Below, piece by piece: positions 1 through 9,369 of a stretch of DNA of 64,000 bases. Source of the DNA: an uncultured Kiritimatiellota bacterium (GTDB lineage: Bacteria > Verrucomicrobiota > Kiritimatiellia > RFP12 > UBA1067). The notes below the pieces were generated by a model that saw only the letters and a list, made by a program, of their open reading frames with translations, did no database searches and was not told the DNA's origin. The stretch is taken from positions 2,125 through 66,124 of the forward strand of contig CAKUCX010000008.1 in assembly GCA_934643865.1 (NCBI GenBank). Reading direction: 5' to 3'. A program made the position numbers and the translations under genes. How positions within the stretch are numbered: position 1 is the stretch's first letter; each line of letters opens with the position of its first letter.

Positions 1-1890
1 CTTTCGCCCGTCGTCAGACGCCGCGACAGCGAGATCTTCAAGCGGTTCAACGCCGACGAGGCGCGGCGCATGGCCGAGGGGAACGCCAGCGGCAAATGGA
101 CGTTCTGGAAGGACTTCGACCATTCGGTCCCGGAATGGGAGAAGAACCTCGCGCTTGGCTTCCCCGGGCTGGACCGCCGCCTGCGCGAGAACGGACGCGC
201 CGCGCCGCGCGACCGCGCCGTCGGAATCGTCTCCGAGGCGACGCTCCGGCTCCTGGACCGCTTCGTCGCCTACGGCGCGGCACACGACGACGGCAGGTCC
301 CCGCGGCTGCGCAAGCAGGTCGAGGGCCTGAAGCGCCTGCGCGCGGGGCCGCCGCAGACGGCCTACGACGCGCTCCTGTTCATCTACCTCTACTTCGTCT
401 GCAGCGAACACCTCGACGTCGTCCAGTGCCGCAGCCTCTCCATCCTCGACGTCGTCCTCTGGCCCCTCTACCGGGCCGATCTCGCCGCCGGGCGGACGAC
501 GGAGGCGGAGTTCCGCGAGCAGTTCCGCCACTTCCTCTGGCAGTGGGGCTCGATCGACAACTACTGGGGGCAGCCCGCGACGCTGGGCGGCACGAAGGCG
601 GACGGCACGACGGAGTACAATCCCCTTTCCGAGATCATCCTCGACGTCCTTGACGGCTACGCCCAGCCCTCGCCGAAGTTCCACCTCAAGATCGCGCGCA
701 ACACGCCGCCGGCGATCCTGCGCAAGGCGCTCGACATGGCGCGCCGCCACCGGTCGGTCGCGTTCTGCGGCGAGGAGCCGATCCGCCGCATCCTGACGCA
801 CTGCGGCTACACGGAGGACGAGGCGCGGCGCTTCTACACGAAGGGCTGCTACGAGTTCTGCGTTCCCGAAGGCGCGAACGACACGGGCGTCGGCTACGTG
901 AGCCTCGTCAAGCCGGTCTCGGACCTGCTGGCCGGCGCCGCGCGCGGCGACTTCGCGGCGGAGGACTTCGCGGCGTTCGAGCGCGCGTACACGGCGGCCG
1001 TCGTCGCGACGCTGGAGGAGGCGATGGACATCGCCGCCGCGTTCGAGCGGCACCTCGACGACGTGAACCCCGCGAACCTGGCGACGCTGGCGGTCGAGAA
1101 CGCGGTGAAGACGGGCCGGGACGCCTTCGCCAACGGCGCGTCGCGCGGCAACCACACGCGCATCCTGACGGTCGGCTTCGGGACGGCGGTCGACGCGCTC
1201 CTCGCGGTCCGGGAGATCGTCTACGAGCGGCGCGAGATGACGCTCGCGGCGCTTGGCCGTCTCATGGCGAAGGACTGGGCGGGCCGTGAGGACCTGCGCC
1301 TCCGGATGCAGCGCGCGCCGCGCAAGTGGGGCGCGAACGACCCGGAGGCGAACGCCCTGGCCGCGCGGCTCGGCAAGGCGCTTGCGCGCGCCGTCAACGG
1401 CAAGCCCAACGCGCGCGGCGGTCGCTTCGGCCTGAGCGGCCACTGCGCGCGGCAGTTCGTCTGCCAGGGCGAGCGCCTCGGCGCGACGCCGGACGGGCGC
1501 AAGGCGGGCGACGAGGTCTCGAAGAACCTCTCCCCCGCCGTCGGCGCCGACCGCGAGGGCGCGACCGCGCTCGTCCTCACGCTCGGCGCGCTCGACGCGC
1601 GCGACTGGCCGGGGGACTTCCCGCTGGACGTGATGCTCCTGCCTTCTTCGGTTTCCGGCGAGAAGGGGCTGGACGCGATGGAGGCGCTGGTGCGGGCCTT
1701 CTTCGCGCAGGGCGGCGCCCTGATCCAGTTCAACGTCTTCGACGTGGCGGAGCTGCGGGACGCCCAGGCGCACCCGGAGCGGTACGAGAACCTACAGGTG
1801 CGCGTCTGCGGGTGGAACGTGCGCTGGAACGACCTGCCGAAGAAGGAGCAGGACGCCTACATCCGCCGGGCGGAGGAGCTGGCAAGATAA
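1..1890 (+). CDS. glycyl radical enzyme (pyruvate formate-lyase / dehydratase superfamily), 5' end outside window
   Basis: Frame 1 is open from nt 1, with no stop before the first ATG at 70. The C-terminus ...ALIQFNVFDVAELRDAQAHPERYENLQVRVCGWNVRWNDL... fits the glycyl-radical signature RVxG[YFW]. The internal ...TKGCYEFCVPEG... fits the GCxE thiyl-Cys loop. Confidence 0.85.
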   Translation, partial: LSPVVRRRDSEIFKRFNADEARRMAEGNASGKWTFWKDFDHSVPEWEKNLALGFPGLDRRLRENGRAAPRDRAVGIVSEATLRLLDRFVAYGAAHDDGRSPRLRKQVEGLKRLRAGPPQTAYDALLFIYLYFVCSEHLDVVQCRSLSILDVVLWPLYRADLAAGRTTEAEFREQFRHFLWQWGSIDNYWGQPATLGGTKADGTTEYNPLSEIILDVLDGYAQPSPKFHLKIARNTPPAILRKALDMARRHRSVAFCGEEPIRRILTHCGYTEDEARRFYTKGCYEFCVPEGANDTGVGYVSLVKPVSDLLAGAARGDFAAEDFAAFERAYTAAVVATLEEAMDIAAAFERHLDDVNPANLATLAVENAVKTGRDAFANGASRGNHTRILTVGFGTAVDALLAVREIVYERREMTLAALGRLMAKDWAGREDLRLRMQRAPRKWGANDPEANALAARLGKALARAVNGKPNARGGRFGLSGHCARQFVCQGERLGATPDGRKAGDEVSKNLSPAVGADREGATALVLTLGALDARDWPGDFPLDVMLLPSSVSGEKGLDAMEALVRAFFAQGGALIQFNVFDVAELRDAQAHPERYENLQVRVCGWNVRWNDLPKKEQDAYIRRAEELAR

Positions 1891-1898
1891 GCGAGGCC

Positions 1899-1919
1899 GC
1901 GCGCCCCTCCCCGGCGCGC
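1899..1919. terminator. GC-rich hairpin between convergent genes (possible bidirectional terminator)
   Basis: gcgcgcc (1899-1905) pairs with ggcgcgc (1913-1919) around a 7-nt loop. It lies in the 43-nt gap between two convergent stop codons. There is no U-tract. Confidence 0.25.
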
Positions 1920-1933
1920 CGCCATCCGGCCGT

Positions 1934-4411
1934 TCAGCGGATGAAGAGCGTACACCCCATCGGCTTGTAGGTTGCCACGAACGTCGTCGTGCCGTCGCCG
2001 TTCGGGACGGCCGCCACGGCGCCCCGGTAGCGATTCAGCACCTTCGGACGCGCCAGCGCGATCCGATCCGCCAGCGTCGCCGCGACCGCGTCCTTCACCG
2101 TCAGGAGCCCGACCTTCCACACGGGGGCCGGCGGCGTCCATGCGGCGTCGTACGCCACGTCGACGGCGAAGCGGTCGCCGGCAAACGCGAGCGGCGCCGC
2201 CGCCTCCTTCACATTGTAGAGGCCGTACTGGCGCAGGGCGGCGTTCGTCGTCCCGCCGTCGAGCTTCAGCGAGGCGCCGGGCGCGAACGTGAGCGCCAGG
2301 CCATCGCATGCCTGCGCCGTCAGCGGCTGAAGCGACCCGACCGCCACCTCCAGGACGTTCGACGAGGCCGTCGGCGTCTCGCTCTGCGCGGCGCCCCCGA
2401 ACCGCAGCGTGCCGCCCAGGGCGAGCGTCCCCGCGCCCTCCTTGATGAAGCGCCCGTTCACCGTCAGCGGGCGCAGGATCGCGAGGGTGAGATTGTTCGT
2501 GACGAGGACGCGCCCGACATTGCCGATCGACACGCCGCGGTTGTAGCCGTCGGACAGCGTGACGTCCTTCCGGATGAACAGCTGGGCGTACTGCTCCAGG
2601 TGGAGGGCGTTGTAGGCGAAGGTGCCGCGCCGCCCGCCGAGGTTGCGCTCATCCGAGATGTACAGGTGCGGATGGCACAGCATGTTCGGCGTCACGATGC
2701 CGGGATGGTACTGTTCCGTGTCCTTCATCGTCGCGAAGATGCGGCCCGTGTAGTTGGTGTTGAGCGCCGTCAGCTCCAAGACGCCGTGGATGTTGTTCGT
2801 GCTGGAGGAGGAGGTCGAGGTCGCCGTGATGGATCCGTCGCCGTCCACCTCCGCCTCGACCAGGTAGACCTCAAGTCCGTTGATGCGCCCATACGTCGCG
2901 AACGTATTGTCCCCGTAGGCGTGCAGCCGGCCCCGGATGGCGTAGGCGGCGCAGAGTTCGCCGTCCTGGTCGCGCAGCGCGCGCGGCAGCTTGACGTTGT
3001 TGTTCCCCATGATGAAGGAGGCGTTGCGGAGGATGAAATTGCCGCACGAGAACGCGAGCCCCCGGTAGGAGGTGTCCATCTTCCGCCCGTCGAGGATGAA
3101 CGCGCGGCAGTCGAGCCGGTAGATTCCGGTGTTCGTCGGGGCGGTGACGTCACAACCCCTGCACACATAGGTCTTGGCCGCGTTGTCGGCGCCGCTCGGC
3201 CCGGGGCACAGCGAATCGCTCCAGTAATGCGCGCCGTCCGTGTTGGCCGCGTTCTCGAAGGCGTTCCGCGGCTTGGGTTCCGAAACATTCAGGCGCGTGA
3301 CGACGGTCTGCGGCGCGATGCCGAGCACATGACCGCCGTCCGCCTCCGCGCGCAGGGTCAGCGGGTAGGCGGGGGCGGGATACGCCCCGTTGAGGATCTG
3401 GAAGGAGGACGCGGCAATCTGCGAGACGTCCACGCCGGGGGCGAACCGGATCAAGTCGACCCCCTCCGGCTCATGGCCCGTAAACGCGGAGGAGAGTTCG
3501 AGGAACGCGGTCCCGCTCGTCTGGACGCTGTTCGTGACCGTCAGAACCGCGCGCGGGCCCTGCGTGGAGCCGCTGGCGAAGAGCGTCAGGCGCGCCCCGT
3601 CCTCCAGGCGGAGGGCGCCGACGGTGACGGCACCCTCCGCGTTGAACCGCGCCCAGCCCCCCGCCAGGTGGAGCGTCCCCGCCAGCGCGGTCACGCCGTC
3701 GAACTGCACAGAGGGCTCGCCGGAAAGGTCGGGGCGGGCGGACGCGCAGACCTGGATCGTGCCCAGATAGGCGTCGAAGCGTCCCTTCAGAACGTACTGG
3801 CCGTTTCCGTCGACGGGGTAGTCGAACGGCAGCGGCTCACCGAAATGGACGCGCAGGCAGCCATCGGGCGCGCTCCTCCAATCGGCCGGGATGGAGACGC
3901 GGGAATCCGACGTCATCCTCAGATGCGCGGGGTCCGCGGCCGTGCCATGGACCGTGATGACGCCGCCCAGCCCGGGGTTCTGGCCCGTCGTATAGCACAG
4001 GGAGCTCCCCGGCAGCAGATGCAGGTCGGGGACCGTGTAGAGGACCGGGGTTCCCACCAGATACCAGAACACGCCCCCCACCACGAGCATGTCGCCCTGA
4101 AAGGTGTGGTAGGTTTCGGGGAATTCCGCCTCGTTCGCCTCCACCATCTTCTTTCCCCAGGGCGTCATGAAGACCAGCTCCGGCGTCACATAGTACTTCT
4201 TGCCGGGCCGGGGCGGCTCGCCGTCCGACCAGTACGCGCCGCGCGTAAAGTGGTCGCGTGTAAGTTCCAGCGAAGGCGTCCCGACCGTCAGGACGTAGTT
4301 GTCCCCATCGTACGGCGTGGGCGGGACGACCACCGACGCCCCCGCAGGGACGCCGGCCAGCAGGGCCAGCCCCAGGACGCGGGCCAGGCGTGAACAGATC
4401 GCGTCATGCAT
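1934..4411 (-). CDS. large secreted PATR (autotransporter-associated beta-strand repeat)/beta-helix surface protein, 825 aa
   Basis: Start reset to ATG 4411 (MHDAICSRLARVLGLALLAGVPAGASVV, signal peptide), with GGAGGA just upstream. The 87 residues upstream in the ORF are Arg/Pro junk. A PATR-like ...KEGAGTLALGGTLRFGG... is present. The protein ends ...PMGCTLFIR. Confidence 0.75.
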   Translation of the reverse strand: MHDAICSRLARVLGLALLAGVPAGASVVVPPTPYDGDNYVLTVGTPSLELTRDHFTRGAYWSDGEPPRPGKKYYVTPELVFMTPWGKKMVEANEAEFPETYHTFQGDMLVVGGVFWYLVGTPVLYTVPDLHLLPGSSLCYTTGQNPGLGGVITVHGTAADPAHLRMTSDSRVSIPADWRSAPDGCLRVHFGEPLPFDYPVDGNGQYVLKGRFDAYLGTIQVCASARPDLSGEPSVQFDGVTALAGTLHLAGGWARFNAEGAVTVGALRLEDGARLTLFASGSTQGPRAVLTVTNSVQTSGTAFLELSSAFTGHEPEGVDLIRFAPGVDVSQIAASSFQILNGAYPAPAYPLTLRAEADGGHVLGIAPQTVVTRLNVSEPKPRNAFENAANTDGAHYWSDSLCPGPSGADNAAKTYVCRGCDVTAPTNTGIYRLDCRAFILDGRKMDTSYRGLAFSCGNFILRNASFIMGNNNVKLPRALRDQDGELCAAYAIRGRLHAYGDNTFATYGRINGLEVYLVEAEVDGDGSITATSTSSSSTNNIHGVLELTALNTNYTGRIFATMKDTEQYHPGIVTPNMLCHPHLYISDERNLGGRRGTFAYNALHLEQYAQLFIRKDVTLSDGYNRGVSIGNVGRVLVTNNLTLAILRPLTVNGRFIKEGAGTLALGGTLRFGGAAQSETPTASSNVLEVAVGSLQPLTAQACDGLALTFAPGASLKLDGGTTNAALRQYGLYNVKEAAAPLAFAGDRFAVDVAYDAAWTPPAPVWKVGLLTVKDAVAATLADRIALARPKVLNRYRGAVAAVPNGDGTTTFVATYKPMGCTLFIR

Positions 4412-4439
4412 GTCCAATCCTCCATTCGTTCGGAAACTC

Positions 4440-7043
4440 CTACGGCGCCGCGTCCACGCGGAAGACCGCCGTCTCCCAGGGCCGCAGCGAAACGACGGGC
4501 GCGGTTCCGGCCCCGGACGGACACCCCGCGCCGTTCCAGACGGGAACGAGCCGGAGGGGCGCGGGCAGCCCCGCCGCCGCGTCGGGTGCGAGCGTCGCCG
4601 TGGCGGGGCGCGCCGAGGCATTGCGCACGGTGACATAGACCGCCCCGCGCCCGGCCGCGCCAAAGCGCTCAACCCACACGTCGGGATGGCTGGAGCGAAG
4701 GCCCGTCACGGGCTCCCAGCCCGCCCGGTTCAGATTTCGGATGACGGGCATCGCCGCCTTGAAGAGGGCGCGGTCGCGCTCGCACTGGCGCGTGGGCCCG
4801 AAGTACCGCTTCCACCCCGCATAGCCCGGCTTCGGCTCGCCGCCGATCGTGCTCACGCCGGGATAGAAGCCGTAGAACATCTGGTTCTCCACATACTGCC
4901 GCATCTGCTCGGCCGACAGCTCCGGCGCGGGGCGGGAGAAGTTCCCCTCCTGGAGGAGGTTCGCCACCGGCCGCCGATACGCGAAGAAGCGCTGTTCGTT
5001 GGCGTCCGCGTCCGGCAGCACGGTGTGGAGCCTGCGGCCCTTGGCGTTCCCCCAGGCGCCCACCTCGCGGCCGAAGATGTCGATCGTCGTGGCATGGAAG
5101 CGGTGGCAGACCTCGAACACGTTGCCGAAGATGCGCTTGCCGAGGGCGTGGAAACGGCCCGCCGCCCATGTGACGAACGCCACCTGGTGCTGGATGCCGT
5201 TTGCGCACGGGCGGGCGGTGTCGACATCCCACACGAGGGGTTCGTCCATGACCGCCAGATGTTCGGGGCGCACGTTGTTGAAGCTGCTGGAGAAGCCGTA
5301 GGCCACGCTGTCCAGGTAGATGCCGTCGACGGCGTCGGGCGCGAGGCCGATCGTGTAATCCCAGCAGAGGGAGGCCCGGTTCGGACGCGCCAGGCGCGGA
5401 TCCGCGTTCGTCCGCCACCAGTGGAACCAGCCGTCGTACTTGTCCACGGCGAACGGGTGCGTGCCGTCCGGCTGGACGGGCAGGGCGTTGAGCGCCGCCT
5501 GCGCGGCGACCTGGCGGGGGGCGTCGAACCAGGTCGTGCCGGGCGCGTTCGTGGCGGCCCACCCCTTCAGCTCGGCCAGGCGCGCCGCCACCGACGGGCG
5601 CGAACCGTCCGGCCGCGTCTCAAGGCGCTGGCGCATGCCCCAGACCTCCGTGTAGGGGAACACGCCGATTCCGCGCGCATGGGCCTCGCGGATGGCCGCA
5701 GGGTTCTTCTCGACCGTCGTGGGGGCCTCCCAGAACGCCAGCCCGAAGTCGGCCGTGTTCGTGGGGCACGCGGACGGCGCGATCGGGAAGAGCCAGGCCC
5801 CCTCCGGCCCCTTGGGCCGCGCGAACGGCGCCGCATACGCGGCATAGTAGGTGCGGGCCGCCGAACGGAAGCCCCAGTCCGCCGCGAACGGGAACGCCGT
5901 CCAGCGCAGCGTCGCCGAGGTTCCCAGCCCCCGCCCCCGCGCCAGCAGGCCGACGACGTACGCGCTGCGGATGCCCCGCTCCGAAACCTGCCGCGCCTCG
6001 AACGCCGGCGCGTCGAAGGGCGTGCCGAGCGCCACGCCACGCCCGTTCTTCGACGCCGCGTCGAACGGGTAGCGGGAGACGGGGTGCCCGCCGACGGGGA
6101 CGGCATGGGCGCAAGACGCCCCGGGCGCAATCGCCACGTCCGTCCGCAGGTCCCGGTGCCAGACGCCCCCCGCGAAGTCGGCGGCGAGCGCCAGCGTGAC
6201 GCGCAGCGCGCGGGGGCGCGGCGGCTGGGCGAGGTCGATGACCTGCGCCTCCACCTCCGTCACCTCGGGGGAGACGGCGCGCGTGCGCGCCTCCAGGCGG
6301 AGCGCGCGCACGGGATCCGTGACCCGCAGCACGCCGTTCGACACCGCCTCCGGCGCGCCGAACACGCACGGCGTCACGCGGTGGGGGGCCCGCAGCGCCA
6401 GCTCGACCGCCGTGCAGTCCACGTATTCGCCCCGCCAGGGGCAGATGAAGGGGAGCAGGCCCGCCACGCCCTCGGGAACGGCAAGCGGGCAGCTGAACGT
6501 TTCCCATGCATGCGGCTTCTCCGGCGCGAGCGGCGCCATGTAGAACGCCTTGCTGACATCTGAATACGCCCAGCCGGACGGCGCCGGCATCCCCTCCGTC
6601 ACGTCCGCCCCCGCCGCGTCGAAGAGCCGCAGGTACACGACGAACGACGCCTCGCCCGGCGGCACGCGCCCCTGAAAGGAAAGCGTCACGCGCGAAGACG
6701 GCACGACGGGGACCGGCCGGGCCGGCCGGACGCCATGCGGGAAGCCCCAGCGCCGCCCCTGCCCCAGGCGCACGAAGGTGCGCGCGTCGGCGTCGGCCAT
6801 CGCCGCGCAGCTGCCCGACGGCCCGGACGGCTGCCACGCCTTCAGCTCCCTGAAGGACTCCGCGGCGATCACGCGCGGCGCGGCGTCCACGGCGGTCACC
6901 TCCTCCACCCCCAGCGTCGCCACGCCGACGCGCGGGATCTCCACGGCCGGCGCCGCGACGGGAGGCCGCTCCACGGCCAGCGCCCCGAAGGCGAGGCCGC
7001 ACATCGACAAGCCGATGAATTTCCCCATCATGAACGTTCCCAT
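4440..7043 (-). CDS. secreted hypothetical protein, possibly a glycoside-hydrolase-like TIM barrel, 867 aa
   Basis: N-terminal signal peptide MGTFMMGKFIGLSMCGLAFGALA. Composition is coherent and non-repetitive with strong GC3. ...VDGIYLDSVAYGF... resembles GH-like barrels. Function was not recognised. Confidence 0.6.
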   Translation of the reverse strand: MGTFMMGKFIGLSMCGLAFGALAVERPPVAAPAVEIPRVGVATLGVEEVTAVDAAPRVIAAESFRELKAWQPSGPSGSCAAMADADARTFVRLGQGRRWGFPHGVRPARPVPVVPSSRVTLSFQGRVPPGEASFVVYLRLFDAAGADVTEGMPAPSGWAYSDVSKAFYMAPLAPEKPHAWETFSCPLAVPEGVAGLLPFICPWRGEYVDCTAVELALRAPHRVTPCVFGAPEAVSNGVLRVTDPVRALRLEARTRAVSPEVTEVEAQVIDLAQPPRPRALRVTLALAADFAGGVWHRDLRTDVAIAPGASCAHAVPVGGHPVSRYPFDAASKNGRGVALGTPFDAPAFEARQVSERGIRSAYVVGLLARGRGLGTSATLRWTAFPFAADWGFRSAARTYYAAYAAPFARPKGPEGAWLFPIAPSACPTNTADFGLAFWEAPTTVEKNPAAIREAHARGIGVFPYTEVWGMRQRLETRPDGSRPSVAARLAELKGWAATNAPGTTWFDAPRQVAAQAALNALPVQPDGTHPFAVDKYDGWFHWWRTNADPRLARPNRASLCWDYTIGLAPDAVDGIYLDSVAYGFSSSFNNVRPEHLAVMDEPLVWDVDTARPCANGIQHQVAFVTWAAGRFHALGKRIFGNVFEVCHRFHATTIDIFGREVGAWGNAKGRRLHTVLPDADANEQRFFAYRRPVANLLQEGNFSRPAPELSAEQMRQYVENQMFYGFYPGVSTIGGEPKPGYAGWKRYFGPTRQCERDRALFKAAMPVIRNLNRAGWEPVTGLRSSHPDVWVERFGAAGRGAVYVTVRNASARPATATLAPDAAAGLPAPLRLVPVWNGAGCPSGAGTAPVVSLRPWETAVFRVDAAP

Positions 7044-7107
7044 GTCCTCGATCTTCTTTCGTGTCGTCGTCTACCGCAGGGAATGGCTTCCACGCCCCGC
7101 CCCACTC

Positions 7108-9324
7108 TCACCTGCACGCGGCGGCCATCTCGAAGACGAGCGCGCCGCCCGCGAGGATCTCCGCATGCGACAGCTTCCAGGCGGTCACCGGCCTGCCGTT
7201 CAGCGAGACGGCCTTCACGTACTTGTTCGCCTTCGAGAGATTCTTCGCGGTCATCGTAAAGGTCCTGCCCTTCGGGAGCGCGAGCGTGACCTGCGGAAGC
7301 TGCGGCGCGCCGATCACGTACTCGCCGCCGCACGGGTTGAAGGGATAGAAGCCAAGGGCGCTGAAGACGTACCACGCGCTCATCTGCCCGCAGTCGTCGT
7401 TGCCGCAGAGCCCCGCGGGGCCCACGTGGTACTGCGTGTCGAAGACCTCGCGAATGCGTTCCGCCGCCTTCTCGGGATGGCCGACCTGCGGATAGAAGTA
7501 GATGACGTGGTGGCTCGGCTCGTTGCCGTGGACGTACTGCCCGATCATGCCGGAGATGTCCAGGGGGACCGCGCCGCCGTTCGCTTCGGGGCCGCGGCCC
7601 GGCGCGGCGAAGAGCGCGTCCAGGCGCTTGACGAACGCATCGCGCCCGCCCATCGCCCGGACGAGGCCCTGCGGATCCTGCAGGACGTGCCAGGTGTACT
7701 GGAAGGCGTTGCCCTCGGTGAAGTCGTTGTCGTTTTCCGCGCCGTGGCCGAAGGCATACGGGTTGAACGGCTCGCGCCAGGCGCCGTCGGAGCGGCGGCC
7801 GCGCATGAAGCCCGTCTCCGGGTCGAAGACGTTCTTCCAGAAGGCGGCGCGGCGGGCGAAGAACGCCGCCGCGTCCCCGTGCCCGAGCTTCTCGGCGAAC
7901 ACCGAGGCGCACCAGTCCCCGAAGCCGCATTCGAGCGTCCGCGACACCGATTCGCCCCGGATGCGGTCGCACGGGAAATAGCCGTATGCGTCGTAGAGGT
8001 CCCAGTTCTCCTTCGGCTTGCCGGGATGCGCGACCGTCAGGGTGTTGGTGATCGCCGTGAACATGCGCGCGGTGTCGAACGTCCAGCCCTTCAGGTAGGC
8101 GTCGACGACGACGGGGATCGCGTGGTTGCCGACCATGCAGTCAACGTTTTTGCCGCCGTAGCTCATCACCGGGAGGCGTCCGAAGGCGCGGTCGTGCGCA
8201 AGCACGCTGGAGATGAAGGGGCCGACGATCTCGGGGACGGCGATCGTGTACCACGGATGCGCGGCGCGGAAGGTATCCCAGAGCGAGAGCGTGGTCAGAT
8301 AGGTTCCGTCCGCGCTCTGCGCGACCCGGTTGTCCGCGCCGCGGTAGCGGCCGTCGGCGTCCGCCCAGTCGTTCGGCTGGAGGTAGAGGTGGTAGAGGGC
8401 CGTGTACCAGTTCCGCTTCTGGTCGTCCGAACCCGCGCACGCCGAACGCGCGAAAAGCGCGTTCCACTTCGCCCGCGCCGCGCGCCGGACAGCCTCGAAG
8501 TCCCAGCCGGGGATGGCGTCCGCCAGATTCGCCCGGGCGGCCGCGCCGTCCACCGTGGAGTACGCGGCCTTGACGAGCAGCGGTTCCGCGCCGGCTGCGA
8601 AGGCGATGACGTAGCGCGGCGCCTCGTCCTTCGTCCCCAGCGTGCCGGGGATGCGCGTGATCGTCTGCCAGTCGCGGTTGAAGGCGAGCGCGTAGCCGAT
8701 GCGCCGCTTGGAGATCCAGCCCGTCCGCCAGTGGTCGCCGAACAGCTCCCGGCGTCCGGCGACCTGCGCCCTGGCGTCGGACGTGCGGACGCCGACCTTG
8801 GCGGGGTCCGCCATGTACACGCGCCTCCCCTGCCCAAACGGCAGGTTGACGAGCACCTTCACGACGCCGCCGGCGCCGCCCGCGATGCGGTAGAGCGCGG
8901 CCCGCTTCGCCGCCGCGATCTCGACTTCGAGGCCGTCGTCCGGCTGCACTACCCGGTAATGGCCCGGCGCCGCCCGTTCGGACGCCTTGTCGATCGCCCG
9001 CCGCGCCGGCATCGCCCCCAGCTCGCCCGTGAACGGCAGGATCTGCACATCGCCGTAGTCGGGGCATCCCGTCCCCGAGAGGTGCGTCAGGGAATACCCC
9101 AGCACGGACGCGTCGCGATGCTGGTAGCCCGAGCAGTACGCCCAGTCGTCGCAGCCCGTGTCGGGCCCCGCCTGGACCATGCCGAACGGGCACGCCGCCG
9201 CCGGATGCGTATGCCCCGTCCCCGCCGTGCCCGTGAACGGATCCACATACGCCGCGAGATCGTCGGCGGGCGCGGACAGCAGAACGCACCATCCCGCAAG
9301 AACGCCAAGGGCTTTTCTGTTCAT
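7108..9324 (-). CDS. GH92 family alpha-mannosidase
   Basis: Start reset to ATG 9324 (MNRKALGVLAGWCVLLSAPA), with AGGAGAG upstream. The N-terminal signature ...YVDPFTGTAGTGHTHPAAACPFGMVQAGPDTG... is typical of GH92. Confidence 0.85.
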   Translation of the reverse strand: MNRKALGVLAGWCVLLSAPADDLAAYVDPFTGTAGTGHTHPAAACPFGMVQAGPDTGCDDWAYCSGYQHRDASVLGYSLTHLSGTGCPDYGDVQILPFTGELGAMPARRAIDKASERAAPGHYRVVQPDDGLEVEIAAAKRAALYRIAGGAGGVVKVLVNLPFGQGRRVYMADPAKVGVRTSDARAQVAGRRELFGDHWRTGWISKRRIGYALAFNRDWQTITRIPGTLGTKDEAPRYVIAFAAGAEPLLVKAAYSTVDGAAARANLADAIPGWDFEAVRRAARAKWNALFARSACAGSDDQKRNWYTALYHLYLQPNDWADADGRYRGADNRVAQSADGTYLTTLSLWDTFRAAHPWYTIAVPEIVGPFISSVLAHDRAFGRLPVMSYGGKNVDCMVGNHAIPVVVDAYLKGWTFDTARMFTAITNTLTVAHPGKPKENWDLYDAYGYFPCDRIRGESVSRTLECGFGDWCASVFAEKLGHGDAAAFFARRAAFWKNVFDPETGFMRGRRSDGAWREPFNPYAFGHGAENDNDFTEGNAFQYTWHVLQDPQGLVRAMGGRDAFVKRLDALFAAPGRGPEANGGAVPLDISGMIGQYVHGNEPSHHVIYFYPQVGHPEKAAERIREVFDTQYHVGPAGLCGNDDCGQMSAWYVFSALGFYPFNPCGGEYVIGAPQLPQVTLALPKGRTFTMTAKNLSKANKYVKAVSLNGRPVTAWKLSHAEILAGGALVFEMAAACR

Positions 9325-9369
9325 TTTCTCTCCTTGTCCATAAGGCTCGCCCGTCACCGGCCGCCCGGC

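Noticed and set aside
4412-4672. N-terminal extensions of true genes in the ORF track
   Set aside because: The extended parts are Arg/Pro-rich, lack signal-peptide logic, and often overlap the upstream gene. Affected ORFs are 1934..4672, 9370..11103, 15555..20093, 27398..30871, 30184..33549, 32700..35984, 36353..38632, 37150..39084, 43335..44924 and 59361..62312. Internal ATG/GTG codons preceded by GGAGG-like sites and followed by signal peptides or conserved N-termini were used instead.
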